Positions 29,886-39,900 of a DNA stretch of 58,057 nt are shown here, piece by piece. This DNA comes from Armatimonadota bacterium (lineage in GTDB: Bacteria; Armatimonadota; Armatimonadia; Armatimonadales; Armatimonadaceae). The translations under genes were made by a program, and so were the position numbers. Within the stretch, counting starts at the first letter, position 1, and each line of letters opens with the position of its first letter. The notes below the pieces were generated by a model. That model searched no databases, was not told where the DNA came from, and saw only the letters and a program-made list of their open reading frames with translations. The stretch is from contig JAYUUO010000030.1 of assembly GCA_043754515.1 (NCBI GenBank), positions 1-58,057 of the forward strand. Direction: 5' to 3'.

Positions 29886-32681
29886 ATGTCAAAAACCGAA
29901 TCCACTGATTACCGCGACACGCTCAACCTGCCGCAGACCGACTTCCCGATGAAGGCCGACTTGCCGACGCGCGAGCCGGACATCGCCCGCGTCTGGGCGC
30001 AGCACGACACGTACCGCCAAACCGCGCTCCGCGAGGGCGCGCCGAAGTTCGTCCTGCACGACGGCCCCCCCTACTCGAACGGCGACATCCATCTCGGGCA
30101 CGCGCTGAACAAGACGCTCAAAGACATCATCGTTAAGTACAAGGCGATGCGGGGCTTCGCCGCGCCGTATGTTCCCGGCTGGGACAACCACGGCTTGCCG
30201 ATTGAGGTGAATGTCACGAAGGAGTTTCGCGCCCGCAAAGAGACCCCCGGTAAGGTGACGCTCCGCAAGCGGTGTCGCGAATACGCCGCCGAGTATGTCG
30301 AGCGGCAGAAAGCGCAGTTTCAGCGGCTCGGCATCCGGGGCGATTGGGACAACCCGTACCTGACCATGAGCACGCGCTTCGAGGCGGAAATCGTGCGCAC
30401 GTTCGGCGTGCTGGCGGAGCGAGGCTACATCTATCGCGGCTTGCGCCCGGTGTCGTGGTGCGCGACGGACGAGACCGCCCTCGCCGACGCTGAACTGGAA
30501 TACGCGGATGTCAAAGACCCGTCTATCTACGTGCGCTTCCCGCTGATGAGCGACCCACGCGGCGTTTTCGCGGGGCTACCACAGGACCACTGCTTCACGG
30601 TGATCTGGACAACGACGCCGTGGACCATCCCCGCGAACGTCGCGGTCACGGCGTCCCCCGTTTTCGACTACGCCGTTGTGAAGACGGGCGCGGACTACTA
30701 CCTGCTCGCGGGCGGTCTGGTCAAGGCGACGATGGATGCGGCGGGCGTCGCCGAGGGCGATTACGAAACGGTAAAGGTAGTGCCGGGTATCGAACTTGCC
30801 GGTCTGACGTTCTATCACCCGCTCCGTGATCTCGGTGCGCCGTTTGATCGCGAGTCGGTGCTGGTTCACGCCGACTACGTGACGCTCGACGCGGGAACGG
30901 GGCTGGTTCACACCGCGCCGGGGCACGGCAAGGAGGACTTCGAGACCGGACAGAAGTTTAACCTGCCGACGGTTCAGCCGGTTATGAATGATGGACGGTA
31001 CGACGACTCGGTGGGCACAACGCTCGCGGGCTTGCACATCTTTAAGGAGGGCAACGCGGCAGTGATCGCCGCGCTGACCGAGGGCGGTAACCTGCTCGCG
31101 CAGAAGCAGTACAGCCACTCGTACCCGCACTGCTGGCGTTGCCACAACCCAGTCATCACCCGCGCCACCGTGCAATGGTTCATGAGCATTGACCACGAGG
31201 GGTTCCGCGAGAAGGCACTGGAGGCCATCGGCACCGTGACCTGGTTCCCCGCCGAAACCGTGAACCGCATCTCGGCGATGGTGAGCGGCCGCCCCGACTG
31301 GTGCGTGTCGCGGCAACGGGCGTGGGGCGTCGGCATCCCGGTGTTCTACTACCGGGGGCAAGCCGTGCTGACCCCGGAGTCCGTCAAAAAGGTCTACGAG
31401 ATGACGCTCGCGGAAGGCTCCGACGTCTGGTACGAACGCTCGCCACGCGAGATCCTGGGCGACGACTTCGTGTGCCCGTTCGGCGGGAGCGTGGACGAGT
31501 ACGAGAAAGAGACCGACGTGCTAGACGTCTGGTTCGACTCCGGCTCGACCTGCCGCGCCGTGCTCGACGCGCGCCCCGAACTGCACTTCCCCGCCGACGT
31601 CTATCTCGAAGGCTCCGACCAACACCGGGGCTGGTTCAACTCGTCGCTGATGCTCGGGCTTGCCTCAATGGACGCCGCGCCGTACAAAACGGTTATCACA
31701 AACGGCTGGACGCTGGACGAGAAAGGCAAGCCGATGCACAAATCGGCGGGCAACGCGGTGCCGCCGCAGAACGTGATTGACCTATACGGCGCGGACGTGT
31801 TACGGCTCTGGGTGGCGTCCGTCACCTATTACGAGGACGTTCGATGCGGCGCGAAGATCCTGGAGCAGACCGCGAACGCCTACCGGAACCTGCGCAACCC
31901 GCTCCGGTTTCTGCTCGCGAACCTGTACGACTTCGACCCGGCGACGCACACGGTAGCTCGCGCCCAATTGACGCCGGTGGATCAGTGGGCGATGAGCCGC
32001 TTGCAACAACTGGTCGCGGAAGTCACGGCGGGCTACGAATCGTTCGAGTTTCAGAAAGCTTTGCGTGCCATCAGCGATTACTGCGGCACAGACCTGTCCG
32101 CATTTTATATGAACGTGGTCAAGGATCGTCTGTACGCCGAGTCACCGAACTCGCCGGATCGCCGCTCGACACAGACCGCGCTCCATGCCATTGCGTCGGT
32201 GCTGTGCCGACTACTCGCGCCGATCCTGTCGCACACGGCGGAAGAGGCGTGGCAACTGCTACCCGGTGCGAAGGAGCAGTTCGCGTCGGTGGAACTCGCG
32301 CCGTTCCCGGAGCCTGATCCGGCATTCCTGAATGCCGACCTGGACACCGCTTGGAATGCCTTTTTCGCGGTGCGGGATCGGGTCAACAAGCGACTTGAGG
32401 AGGCGAAGGCGAGCGGTATCAAGAAGTCGCTCGAAGCGCGGGTCACGCTGATCGGAGACTTCCCGGCGACGAACCGCTTCACGGACGAGGAACTCGCGAT
32501 GCTATTTGCGGTGTCGGACGTCAACCGCGAGGCGGAGACGGGTCAGGAACGTATCGCGGTCGGCAACGCGACCGGGTCGAAGTGTGTGCGCTGCTGGCTG
32601 GTGAAGCGCGACATCGGGCGCGACCCGCTGTTCCGCGACATCTGCGTCCGGTGTGCGGAGGCGGTGCGGGCATTGGGGTAG
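29886..32681 (+). CDS. ileS: Isoleucine--tRNA ligase, type 1 with C-terminal zinc finger
   Basis: [59 protein letters not shown]...CVRC. Confidence 0.98.
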   Translation: MSKTESTDYRDTLNLPQTDFPMKADLPTREPDIARVWAQHDTYRQTALREGAPKFVLHDGPPYSNGDIHLGHALNKTLKDIIVKYKAMRGFAAPYVPGWDNHGLPIEVNVTKEFRARKETPGKVTLRKRCREYAAEYVERQKAQFQRLGIRGDWDNPYLTMSTRFEAEIVRTFGVLAERGYIYRGLRPVSWCATDETALADAELEYADVKDPSIYVRFPLMSDPRGVFAGLPQDHCFTVIWTTTPWTIPANVAVTASPVFDYAVVKTGADYYLLAGGLVKATMDAAGVAEGDYETVKVVPGIELAGLTFYHPLRDLGAPFDRESVLVHADYVTLDAGTGLVHTAPGHGKEDFETGQKFNLPTVQPVMNDGRYDDSVGTTLAGLHIFKEGNAAVIAALTEGGNLLAQKQYSHSYPHCWRCHNPVITRATVQWFMSIDHEGFREKALEAIGTVTWFPAETVNRISAMVSGRPDWCVSRQRAWGVGIPVFYYRGQAVLTPESVKKVYEMTLAEGSDVWYERSPREILGDDFVCPFGGSVDEYEKETDVLDVWFDSGSTCRAVLDARPELHFPADVYLEGSDQHRGWFNSSLMLGLASMDAAPYKTVITNGWTLDEKGKPMHKSAGNAVPPQNVIDLYGADVLRLWVASVTYYEDVRCGAKILEQTANAYRNLRNPLRFLLANLYDFDPATHTVARAQLTPVDQWAMSRLQQLVAEVTAGYESFEFQKALRAISDYCGTDLSAFYMNVVKDRLYAESPNSPDRRSTQTALHAIASVLCRLLAPILSHTAEEAWQLLPGAKEQFASVELAPFPEPDPAFLNADLDTAWNAFFAVRDRVNKRLEEAKASGIKKSLEARVTLIGDFPATNRFTDEELAMLFAVSDVNREAETGQERIAVGNATGSKCVRCWLVKRDIGRDPLFRDICVRCAEAVRALG

Positions 32682-32703
32682 GTGCCGAGGGAGTCGGGCG
32701 GCG

Positions 32704-33072
32704 TTAGATGGTTTCGATCATCACCTCGCCGCCCGCGACGGCGTCTATCGTGATCTGCGTGCCGAGTAGCAAACCCGTGCCGAGCAACGGATTACCTTCC
32801 AGGGCGATCACTTCCACGGTGCGGGTGCGCCCCAACCAGACTATTTCCATAGTGAAGGTTTGCGTCACGATCACCTCGCCCCCGGCAACCTGATGGGTTG
32901 TCGCATCCCAAGCTCTGACATTGAGGCGTTGCAGAACACGTCGCGGCAAGGCGAGATGTCCGTTAAATCCTGTGTCGAGGATGAACTCGGTGGGGAAGTC
33001 TCCGTCCAACCCTTCTAAGTTCATCTCAATGCGCGGCATGCGGTTACGGAACTCCCCGATCTCGCGTCTCAT
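32704..33072 (-). CDS. Clan AA (retropepsin-like) aspartic protease
   Basis: ILDTGFNGHLALP and PLLGTGLL motifs, 122 aa. Confidence 0.85.
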   Translation of the reverse strand: MRREIGEFRNRMPRIEMNLEGLDGDFPTEFILDTGFNGHLALPRRVLQRLNVRAWDATTHQVAGGEVIVTQTFTMEIVWLGRTRTVEVIALEGNPLLGTGLLLGTQITIDAVAGGEVMIETI

Positions 33073-33368
33073 ACGGGTTTGCGACCGTAAAGAACCCGCG
33101 ATAAAAATCCGGCATCGGTTTCAGGGCCAATGATTCGCGACATGGACAGAGTTCGTGGTGGGTGTTTCTCGCGTAACAGACGCCGCGCATCGGGTAGGTC
33201 GTCGGCGATCACATACTCACCGGTGTCAACATTGATGGCGATTGCTTTCCCGTTGTACTGCGGCTCAAGCATCGCTTTTAAGTGCTCATCATATATGGCA
33301 AGACCACGACGCGCTACATCGTCGAATAGTGCGTCGTCAATTGTTGTCGCGCCCGACTGTGTTTCCAT
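33069..33368 (-). CDS. Small DUF5678-like protein coupled to the aspartic protease
   Basis: RGLAIY...LEPQYNGKAIAINVDTGEYVI..D..A...LREKHP....IG. ATGA overlap with the protease. TATAAT 6 nt before the ATG. Confidence 0.7.
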   Translation of the reverse strand: METQSGATTIDDALFDDVARRGLAIYDEHLKAMLEPQYNGKAIAINVDTGEYVIADDLPDARRLLREKHPPRTLSMSRIIGPETDAGFLSRVLYGRKPV

Positions 33369-33455
33369 GCTGGGATTATATCGCTACCCGTCGCTCGTTA
33401 TTACTCGCCCCCGATTTTTACACGGTGACCCTGGTGACGCGCGACAGAGGAGCAA

Positions 33456-33495
33456 CCCGCCCCTTTCTGATTTCTGGTTTCCAGAGAGGGGCGGG
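33456..33495 (-). terminator. Hairpin downstream of the PEP-CTERM gene
   Basis: CCCGCCCCTTTCTG / CAGAGAGGGGCGGG, 14-bp stem with one non-Watson-Crick pair. Confidence 0.55.
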
Positions 33496-33510
33496 CGGTG
33501 GAGAGGTTCG

Positions 33511-34989
33511 TCAGGCCACTCGCGCTCTGCGGCGGATGACGACGCCAGTGATGCCCAGAGCAACGAAGGACATCAACGCCAGAGACCCGGCTTCGGGGAC
33601 GGCGACCGCCCCGATCTTGATCTGGGTGACCTGCGTTGCCCAGATCTTCTTACCGTTCACGTCGGTCGTCGCGAACTCCTGCGCCGTCCAGAAGCTACTC
33701 GAATCACTCGGGTCGAGCGATGTGGAACTGTAATCGCCCCATCGCTCTGGAGAGCCGAATAGCTCGAACGCGGACGAACCCTGCTTCAGGAGCGTCGAGC
33801 CGCCGAACGACAATAGTCCTCCAGTTGTAGATCCCACGGAAGCGTAGCTACTGGCGAAACTCGTGCTACTGGAGCGGGTGTAGCCGATCACGACATCCCC
33901 ATTCGCGTTAGCGGAGACCGAGCCATAATAGTAATCGTTCAAGGAATCGGTGATCAGCCCCTGCTGAAGCAACGTTCGCGAGGAATCGCTGAACTTGTCC
34001 CAGGCGAGAGCGGCGTGGCCGTTCGCGGAAGTCCCGTGGACTTCATAAATCACGTCACCGACCTTGAACGTCCCACCGCTAATCCGGGTGTCGCCAGTGT
34101 CGAGCAACGTCGCCGATCCCGGCTGGGGCGCGTTGGGCGGGTCGCTATAGGTAGTCACCCCGATCCCGGTTGTCGCCGATAGCGTCGCCCCGGCGACGCC
34201 GTTGTTGTTGATGCGGGTCGCACTCACTATGCTACTGCCACTCCCACGCGTCGCCAAGACCGTAGCGTAGCCTGTCGAGGCACCAAAATCAGTCGCGGCT
34301 TGTAGCGTAAAGCCGACCGTGTTCGCGTTGATCCCCCCCAGTGTCGTCATGTTTGTCAGGGTGGGTGTCGCTTGAAGAAGGTCCGATTTGAGTATGTTGA
34401 AGAGCGAAACGTTTTTGAACGATCCCGTACTGCTGGTGAAGTTATTCGTTCCGATCACCAGGCTATCCGCATTCACTCCGAAGGTCGGGTAGTCCGCGAA
34501 ACCCGAGTCGGCGACGAAGCTGGTCGCCTTGAACCCCGCGGTCGGGTCGGCGGTGTTCGAGCGCGCGACTAACATACTATTGCCGGTGCTACTGGTGGTG
34601 ATTTCCACGGCGAACCAACGCTGGCTGGAATGGTCGAAGATGATGCGCGTATCGCTGAGTCCGCTGTTCGTAAGCACTGTGCTGATGCCGGCGTTGTTCC
34701 AGAAAGCGGTATCCGAAATCTTCGAGCCGACAACCGCGCCGGTCGCTTTGTCGAAGATCGAGAAGTTGCCATTGGTGAACTCGACGTAGTGCGCGAGTCC
34801 AACCGAGCCGTGTGTATCCGGAGGGGCTAAATTAAAACCGACGTCGGTGAGCGTGTTGCCGGTGAAGTTTGTGTCGATGGTAAACGCGGCGTCCGCGGCG
34901 GGCGCGACCCCGAGACACAGAGCGAGTGCGGACAAAGGAGCGAGGGATCGGTATCTCCTGAGTTTGGATGTCAAAGCATTATTCTCCAT
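33511..34989 (-). CDS. PEP-CTERM sorting domain protein
   Basis: Signal peptide ending AADA, PPDTHGSVG...RWGDYS body, VPEAGSLAL...RRRARVA tail. Confidence 0.92.
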   Translation of the reverse strand: MENNALTSKLRRYRSLAPLSALALCLGVAPAADAAFTIDTNFTGNTLTDVGFNLAPPDTHGSVGLAHYVEFTNGNFSIFDKATGAVVGSKISDTAFWNNAGISTVLTNSGLSDTRIIFDHSSQRWFAVEITTSSTGNSMLVARSNTADPTAGFKATSFVADSGFADYPTFGVNADSLVIGTNNFTSSTGSFKNVSLFNILKSDLLQATPTLTNMTTLGGINANTVGFTLQAATDFGASTGYATVLATRGSGSSIVSATRINNNGVAGATLSATTGIGVTTYSDPPNAPQPGSATLLDTGDTRISGGTFKVGDVIYEVHGTSANGHAALAWDKFSDSSRTLLQQGLITDSLNDYYYGSVSANANGDVVIGYTRSSSTSFASSYASVGSTTGGLLSFGGSTLLKQGSSAFELFGSPERWGDYSSTSLDPSDSSSFWTAQEFATTDVNGKKIWATQVTQIKIGAVAVPEAGSLALMSFVALGITGVVIRRRARVA

Positions 34990-35100
34990 ATGAGCTAGTC
35001 GGGAGTGGTGTTAGCACCACTCGCTTTAATTGATTGCGGTGTCTGGTTAGGCGAAAGAATCCAAGGGTGAGAGATTAGATCCGGGGTAGCCGGGAACCAG

Positions 35101-35130
35101 AAGATACAGTACTTGTAGCTTTCTTGTCAA
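35101..35130 (-). promoter_or_regulatory. Sigma-70 promoter for the PEP-CTERM gene
   Basis: Minus strand TTGACA -18 nt- TATCTT. An 8-bp hairpin GAGTGGTG/CACCACTC at 35003-35022 lies in the 5' UTR. Confidence 0.55.
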
Positions 35131-35311
35131 GTGACTGGTCTGAGAGATGTTATACCGGTTAGTCATTCATCCTCGCCGTAACACCGCCCCGCCCGAGGGT
35201 AACCGCAGTGTCTAGTTTGGTTCGAAGCAAGGCGTTGGCGCGGGAGTTTCGGTGCATGACATCGCCCCTTGCAGGAGAAAAGGACGACTTCGCCTAAATA
35301 GGGGGCGTCCC

Positions 35312-36373
35312 ATGAACGTTTCTGAAACATCCTCTGATCAAACGCTGGAGATGGCGGCCACGCCCTCTGGCATGCCGCGCCCGCGCCTCGCTCTAGTTGG
35401 GTGCGGTCAGGTCGGAGAATTGCACCGTGAGCGGCTTTCGCGCGAATCGGTAGACATCGTGGCGATCTGCGACCCGGACGCCGAAGCCCTGTCACGCATG
35501 GCAAGCCGCATCAGCCCACGCCCGCGTCTGTTTCGATCCGAACAGGATCTACTCACGGCGCGGATCGTGGACGGCGTCGTACTCTGCACCCCACACGGCT
35601 TACACGCCGCGCAAATCGCCGCCTCGCTGTCGGCGGGCGTACACGTACTCTGCGAGAAACCATTCGTTACTGAGTCGCGGCTAGCCGTGCAACTTGTCGA
35701 GCAGGCACGGGCGGCGAACCTCGCCCTGTTCGTCGCCTACACGCGGCGCAGTCGCGGCCATGCCCGTTTCCTCGCGCACGCCGCGAAACGCATCGGGCCG
35801 CTCACGCACATACATATTCTACGGGCACAACCCTGGCGGGATCGCCATCTGCGTACCTGGCGGATGCACTCCGGCGCGGGCGGCGGCTTTCTGCTCGACA
35901 ATGGCGTATCTATGCTGGACCTGGTGTTGCGCCTGACAGATGACTCGCCGGTGCTTTCGGCGAGCGCGGAACTGGTGCGGGCGGTCGAGTCGAGTAGCGA
36001 TGTGGATGTTGATCTTCGGGCTTTCGTCAGTCTTACCCTGACATGCGGAGTTCGCGCCGACATGACGCTCCTGGGCGACGCGACCGAGGACATTGAGGAG
36101 ATCCGCCTGTTCGGGGAGAACGGCACAGCGGGGTGGTTGCAACGCGAGGAGTTCCCAGCGGAACTGTACTTGCGCCCGGTCGGGGAAGCGAGCCAGAAGC
36201 AGGATGCGGTGCCGTTTCGCGGTCCGCTCCCGGACGCCGCGTTCGTCGAAGCACTTCGCACGGGCCGGTACTTCGCCGATGCCCCCTCGCCCGACGATTA
36301 CTATGACGCGGCGACTACTATTCCGGTGATCGAGCTGACCGAGCGGCTTTACCAGGCCGCCATATGGCGGTAG
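35312..36373 (+). CDS. Gfo/Idh/MocA family oxidoreductase
   Basis: LVGCGQVG, TPHGLH, HVLCEKP, GGGFLLDNG. Start is approximate. Confidence 0.9.
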   Translation: MNVSETSSDQTLEMAATPSGMPRPRLALVGCGQVGELHRERLSRESVDIVAICDPDAEALSRMASRISPRPRLFRSEQDLLTARIVDGVVLCTPHGLHAAQIAASLSAGVHVLCEKPFVTESRLAVQLVEQARAANLALFVAYTRRSRGHARFLAHAAKRIGPLTHIHILRAQPWRDRHLRTWRMHSGAGGGFLLDNGVSMLDLVLRLTDDSPVLSASAELVRAVESSSDVDVDLRAFVSLTLTCGVRADMTLLGDATEDIEEIRLFGENGTAGWLQREEFPAELYLRPVGEASQKQDAVPFRGPLPDAAFVEALRTGRYFADAPSPDDYYDAATTIPVIELTERLYQAAIWR

Positions 36374-36479
36374 GCCCATTCCCAAATACCCGCATTACTA
36401 CCTGTTTTTAGCGATTACCCTATCGAAAATACGCTCACATCGGTACAATTCGGGGTCACGCTGAGAACTATTACACGAG

Positions 36480-36494
36480 TGGCACGATATTTGC
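36480..36494 (+). promoter_or_regulatory. Sigma-54 (-24/-12) promoter
   Basis: TGGCACG-ATAT-TTGC matches the TGGCACG-N4-TTGC consensus exactly, 30 nt before the TPR start and upstream of an AGGGAG RBS. Confidence 0.75.
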
Positions 36495-36523
36495 GCGTCT
36501 CCTGACGCAGGGAGATACATGTC

Positions 36524-37324
36524 GTGACGGAAACGAGACAGCTCGGCGGCTTAAAAATTATCACGCTATCTTTACGGCGGTGGTTTCGGGAACGGCATGT
36601 GCTTCGCGCCGCCCGCCGAGGCGACTTCGCGCCGCTACTGAAAGATGCCGAAACCGCGCTGGACGAGACACTCTGGCGTTGCGGCTCCGCGCATCCTGAT
36701 ACGGGGCGCAAACTTGCCGTGCTTGCTACCGTTCACCGAATGCGTGGCGAGATAGCGGATGCCGAACCCCTCCTCCGTCGTGCCATCGCCCTTCTCAAGC
36801 AGTCTCACGACGAGGCGGACCACTCCCACGCCCTCGCTCTTTCCGAGCAACTCGCGGAACTCCTGCGGGAAAACGGGGGTGCCGAGGCGGCGGAGATCAT
36901 ATACGGCGGCCTGCTTGCGGCTCATACGCGCAGACACAGGTCGTCAGCCCATGCCGATGTGGCGCGGACCCTGGATAATATCGCCCTCGCGATGAAGGAA
37001 CAGGGACGAATCCCCGAAGCGAAGACAAGGCACCGGGACGCTCTGCTGATCTGGGAACAGGTACGGGGGCCTGGCTCGCCCGAAGTCGCCCGCTGTCTGA
37101 CTCGCATCGCCAGTCTTTACCTGTCCGAACATTGTTACGCGGAAGCCGAGCCGCTTCTGCTCCGCGCCGTCGCCGAATGGAAATCCTCGCCGAACCCGAA
37201 CGATCTATACACTATTATCACCCTCTCCTGTTGCGGGGAACTGTATCGTGGTACCGGGCGCGACGGCGAGGCGCGGGGCGCGGAAGCTGCGGCAAAGGCG
37301 GTGTTGGCCCGCTATGCCAAGTAG
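36524..37324 (+). CDS. Tetratricopeptide repeat protein (kinesin-light-chain-like TPRs)
   Basis: HPDTGRKLAVLA..AEPLLRRAI, HADVARTLDNIA, SPEVARCLTRIA..AEPLLLRA repeats. Confidence 0.88.
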   Translation: MTETRQLGGLKIITLSLRRWFRERHVLRAARRGDFAPLLKDAETALDETLWRCGSAHPDTGRKLAVLATVHRMRGEIADAEPLLRRAIALLKQSHDEADHSHALALSEQLAELLRENGGAEAAEIIYGGLLAAHTRRHRSSAHADVARTLDNIALAMKEQGRIPEAKTRHRDALLIWEQVRGPGSPEVARCLTRIASLYLSEHCYAEAEPLLLRAVAEWKSSPNPNDLYTIITLSCCGELYRGTGRDGEARGAEAAAKAVLARYAK

Positions 37325-38867
37325 CGACGCGTCTACAAGGCAGGGGGACGACTGGACCCGCTTCCACCATTTCCTCCGTTTCGGGTCCGAGGCGGGCGTG
37401 TACTACGCCGCGGGTAGCACCCCGCGCACGGAGGATACGCCCGCCACGCTACGGTGCATAGCCTCCGACGCCGGACGCGTGATAGGGATGATACGGCGCG
37501 TGTCGCGCGAGCGCGGCGTCCCCCCGAACGATCCCCTGCTTTTCGCGTTCGCGCTGGTGACGGCGTTCGGCGACGATTCGGCGCGGCGGTCGGCACTCGA
37601 CGCGCTACCTGACGTCTGCCGCGCGGGGAGCGAACTGTTCCGTTTCGCGCGGTTCGTGGGCGGTATGCGCGGCTGGGGGCGGGGTTTGCGGGCCGCCATC
37701 GGGCGGTGGTACGGCGAGCAGAGCGTCCGCGATGTCGCCTACCAGGTCGTCAAATATAAACAGGATGAAGGATGGACACACCGCGATCTGCTACGCCTCG
37801 CGCACCCGAAAGCGGACGTTGAAGCGAGACGCATACTGTATCATTGGATCGCGCAGGGCTGGGAGCGGATCGGGGACACGCCGCACGACCAGAAGGATTT
37901 GCAAATCATCTGGGCGATGGAAAAAGCGCGGCTACCCGGCACGACGCCTAAAACAGTGGCCGAACTGATCCGCGTTTACGAGCTGCCTTTGGAGGCCGTC
38001 CCACCGGGACTTCTGGGCGAGCGGGTCGTCTGGGAAGCGCTACTGGAGCGTATGCCACTGGGGGCTTTGATACGCCATCTGCCCGACATTGCCCGCGTCG
38101 GCGTGCTGGATTCGCGGACCTGGCAGGGCCACATTATGGCACAAATCACGGACATCCGGCAGCTGGGGTCGTCACGGCTACACCCCCTCGCGGTGCTCGC
38201 CGCTCAAAGAAGATATGCGCACGGGCGCGAGGGGCGCAAACATTCGTGGACGCCGGTGACGCGGATCGTAGACGCGCTGGACGCCGCGTTCTACGCTACG
38301 TTCGGTAACGCCCCTCGGACAGGAAAGCGGCTCGTCGTCACGCTGGACGTCTCACCCGCCATGGATTCCCCGTTCGTCACGGGTGCTCCGGGACTCACGC
38401 CGCGCGACGCCACGTGCGCTATGGCACTGGTGGCGGTAGCGACCGAGCCGGAGACATGGGTTCTCGCGCTTGGAGAAACAGCGACGCTTATCGAAGTCGC
38501 TCCGGGGCAACGGCTCGAAGAACTTGTGAAAGCAACCACCGACCTGCCCGGCGGCACCCTCGACCGCGCCTACCCTATGCTCTGGGCATCCGAACGGCGC
38601 GTCGAGGCCGACGGGTTCGTGACCTACACCGGCACGGGCAACGGTAGCGATACGACGGACCCGGCACAGGCACTGCGACGGTACCGCGGAGCGACTGGCA
38701 TCCCCGCCCGTCTCGCCCTGGTCGGCATGAAGGCGACATCATCCGGCAACGATTGGGGGGACGTAGGGATGCTGGACGTCGTCGGTTTCGACGTCGCGAC
38801 CCCGGATGTGATCACGGGCTTCTTGGGCGCGTGGGACGACGATTTGGCGTATTCATCCTCCGACTGA
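37314..38867 (+). CDS. Ro60/Rsr TROVE + vWA domain RNA-binding protein, divergent
   Basis: DDWTRFHHFLRFGSEAGVYY, GWGRGLRAAIGRWY, KY...GWTHRDLLRLAHPK, LDAAFY, LDVS, MLDVVGFD. Confidence 0.9.
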   Translation: MPSSDASTRQGDDWTRFHHFLRFGSEAGVYYAAGSTPRTEDTPATLRCIASDAGRVIGMIRRVSRERGVPPNDPLLFAFALVTAFGDDSARRSALDALPDVCRAGSELFRFARFVGGMRGWGRGLRAAIGRWYGEQSVRDVAYQVVKYKQDEGWTHRDLLRLAHPKADVEARRILYHWIAQGWERIGDTPHDQKDLQIIWAMEKARLPGTTPKTVAELIRVYELPLEAVPPGLLGERVVWEALLERMPLGALIRHLPDIARVGVLDSRTWQGHIMAQITDIRQLGSSRLHPLAVLAAQRRYAHGREGRKHSWTPVTRIVDALDAAFYATFGNAPRTGKRLVVTLDVSPAMDSPFVTGAPGLTPRDATCAMALVAVATEPETWVLALGETATLIEVAPGQRLEELVKATTDLPGGTLDRAYPMLWASERRVEADGFVTYTGTGNGSDTTDPAQALRRYRGATGIPARLALVGMKATSSGNDWGDVGMLDVVGFDVATPDVITGFLGAWDDDLAYSSSD

Positions 38868-38940
38868 AACCAATCGCGCCCGGAGTCGTCTACCTATTGG
38901 CCGGCGGTCGCCGGAAATGGACGAGAAGGACTTCCCTCAG

Positions 38941-39900
38941 ATGATTCACAAACTACTCCCGGTGCCTATCCGCCCGGCGATCCTCGCGCTGTTACTCGGA
39001 GCGTGCGCCACCGTTTTGACAGGTTGTGGTGGGGGTCACTCCGACCCTAGCCCCGCCCCCTCACCACTCCCTTCCGTCGTCGCGTCGCTACGCGTCGTAT
39101 TCGAGAGCACCCGCAATGGCGGCTCGACCATCTACGGGATGTACCCCGACGGGACGAACCAGACGCGCCTCACGAATGACGGCGCGAAGAACTTTTCCCC
39201 CGCCTACTCCCCGGACGGCTCCAGGATCGCGTTCGTCAGCGACCGCGATGGTACTCCGCAGATCTACCAGATGAACCGCGACGGGAGCGGAGTCATTCGG
39301 CTGACGACCTCGACCGGTACCGATAACTTCCCCGACTACTCCCCGGACGGGTCGAAAATCATCTTCTCGAGCGACCGCGACGGTCTGCAAGAAGTGTACG
39401 TGATGAGCGCGGACGGTACCAATCCGACGCGGCTAACGACGCGTGCCACGGGGACGTATGATTTGGGACCTGTGTTCTCCCCAGACGGGACTAAAATCGC
39501 GTTCGTGAGTAGCCGCGACGGTAATCAGGAGATGTACACAATGAACCCTGACGGAACGAACCAGACGCGATTAACCACGAACACCAATGCCGATTTGAAC
39601 CCGACATTTTCGCCCGACGGCAAAAAGATCGCCTTTATCAGCGACCGCGACGGCAACGCCGAGATTTACACGATGAACGTTGATGGGAGCAACCCGGTCC
39701 GCCTCACCAATAACGGCGCGGCAGATATACGCCCATCGTTCTCGCCGGACGGAACGAAAATCGTGTTTTCTACCAGCCGCGACGGTAGCTATCAGATTTA
39801 CGTGATGGGGAGCGACGGCACCAACCCGGTCCGACTGACTAACAACACGGCGACTGATTATGTCGGCTCGGCGTCCTGGAGCAAGGCACCGTTGCCATGA
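38941..39900 (+). CDS. TolB-like PD40 beta-propeller lipoprotein
   Basis: Lipobox VLTG-C and repeated SPDG.KI.F.S.RDG..EIY.M..DG....RLT units. Confidence 0.9.
   Translation: MIHKLLPVPIRPAILALLLGACATVLTGCGGGHSDPSPAPSPLPSVVASLRVVFESTRNGGSTIYGMYPDGTNQTRLTNDGAKNFSPAYSPDGSRIAFVSDRDGTPQIYQMNRDGSGVIRLTTSTGTDNFPDYSPDGSKIIFSSDRDGLQEVYVMSADGTNPTRLTTRATGTYDLGPVFSPDGTKIAFVSSRDGNQEMYTMNPDGTNQTRLTTNTNADLNPTFSPDGKKIAFISDRDGNAEIYTMNVDGSNPVRLTNNGAADIRPSFSPDGTKIVFSTSRDGSYQIYVMGSDGTNPVRLTNNTATDYVGSASWSKAPLP

Noticed and set aside
35003..35022. CIRCE (HrcA) element
   Set aside because: It contains TTAGCAC but not the TTAGCACTC-N9-GAGTGCTAA arrangement, and it is not upstream of a chaperone gene.
36374..36523. 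Y RNA or tRNA-like RNA beside Ro60
   Set aside because: No T-arm (GTTCRA) or long terminal stem is visible in the flanking intergenic regions. A covariance-model search is still needed.
39090..39860. CRISPR-like periodic repeats
   Set aside because: The periodicity comes from degenerate coding PD40 repeats within one ORF, not identical repeats with unique spacers.
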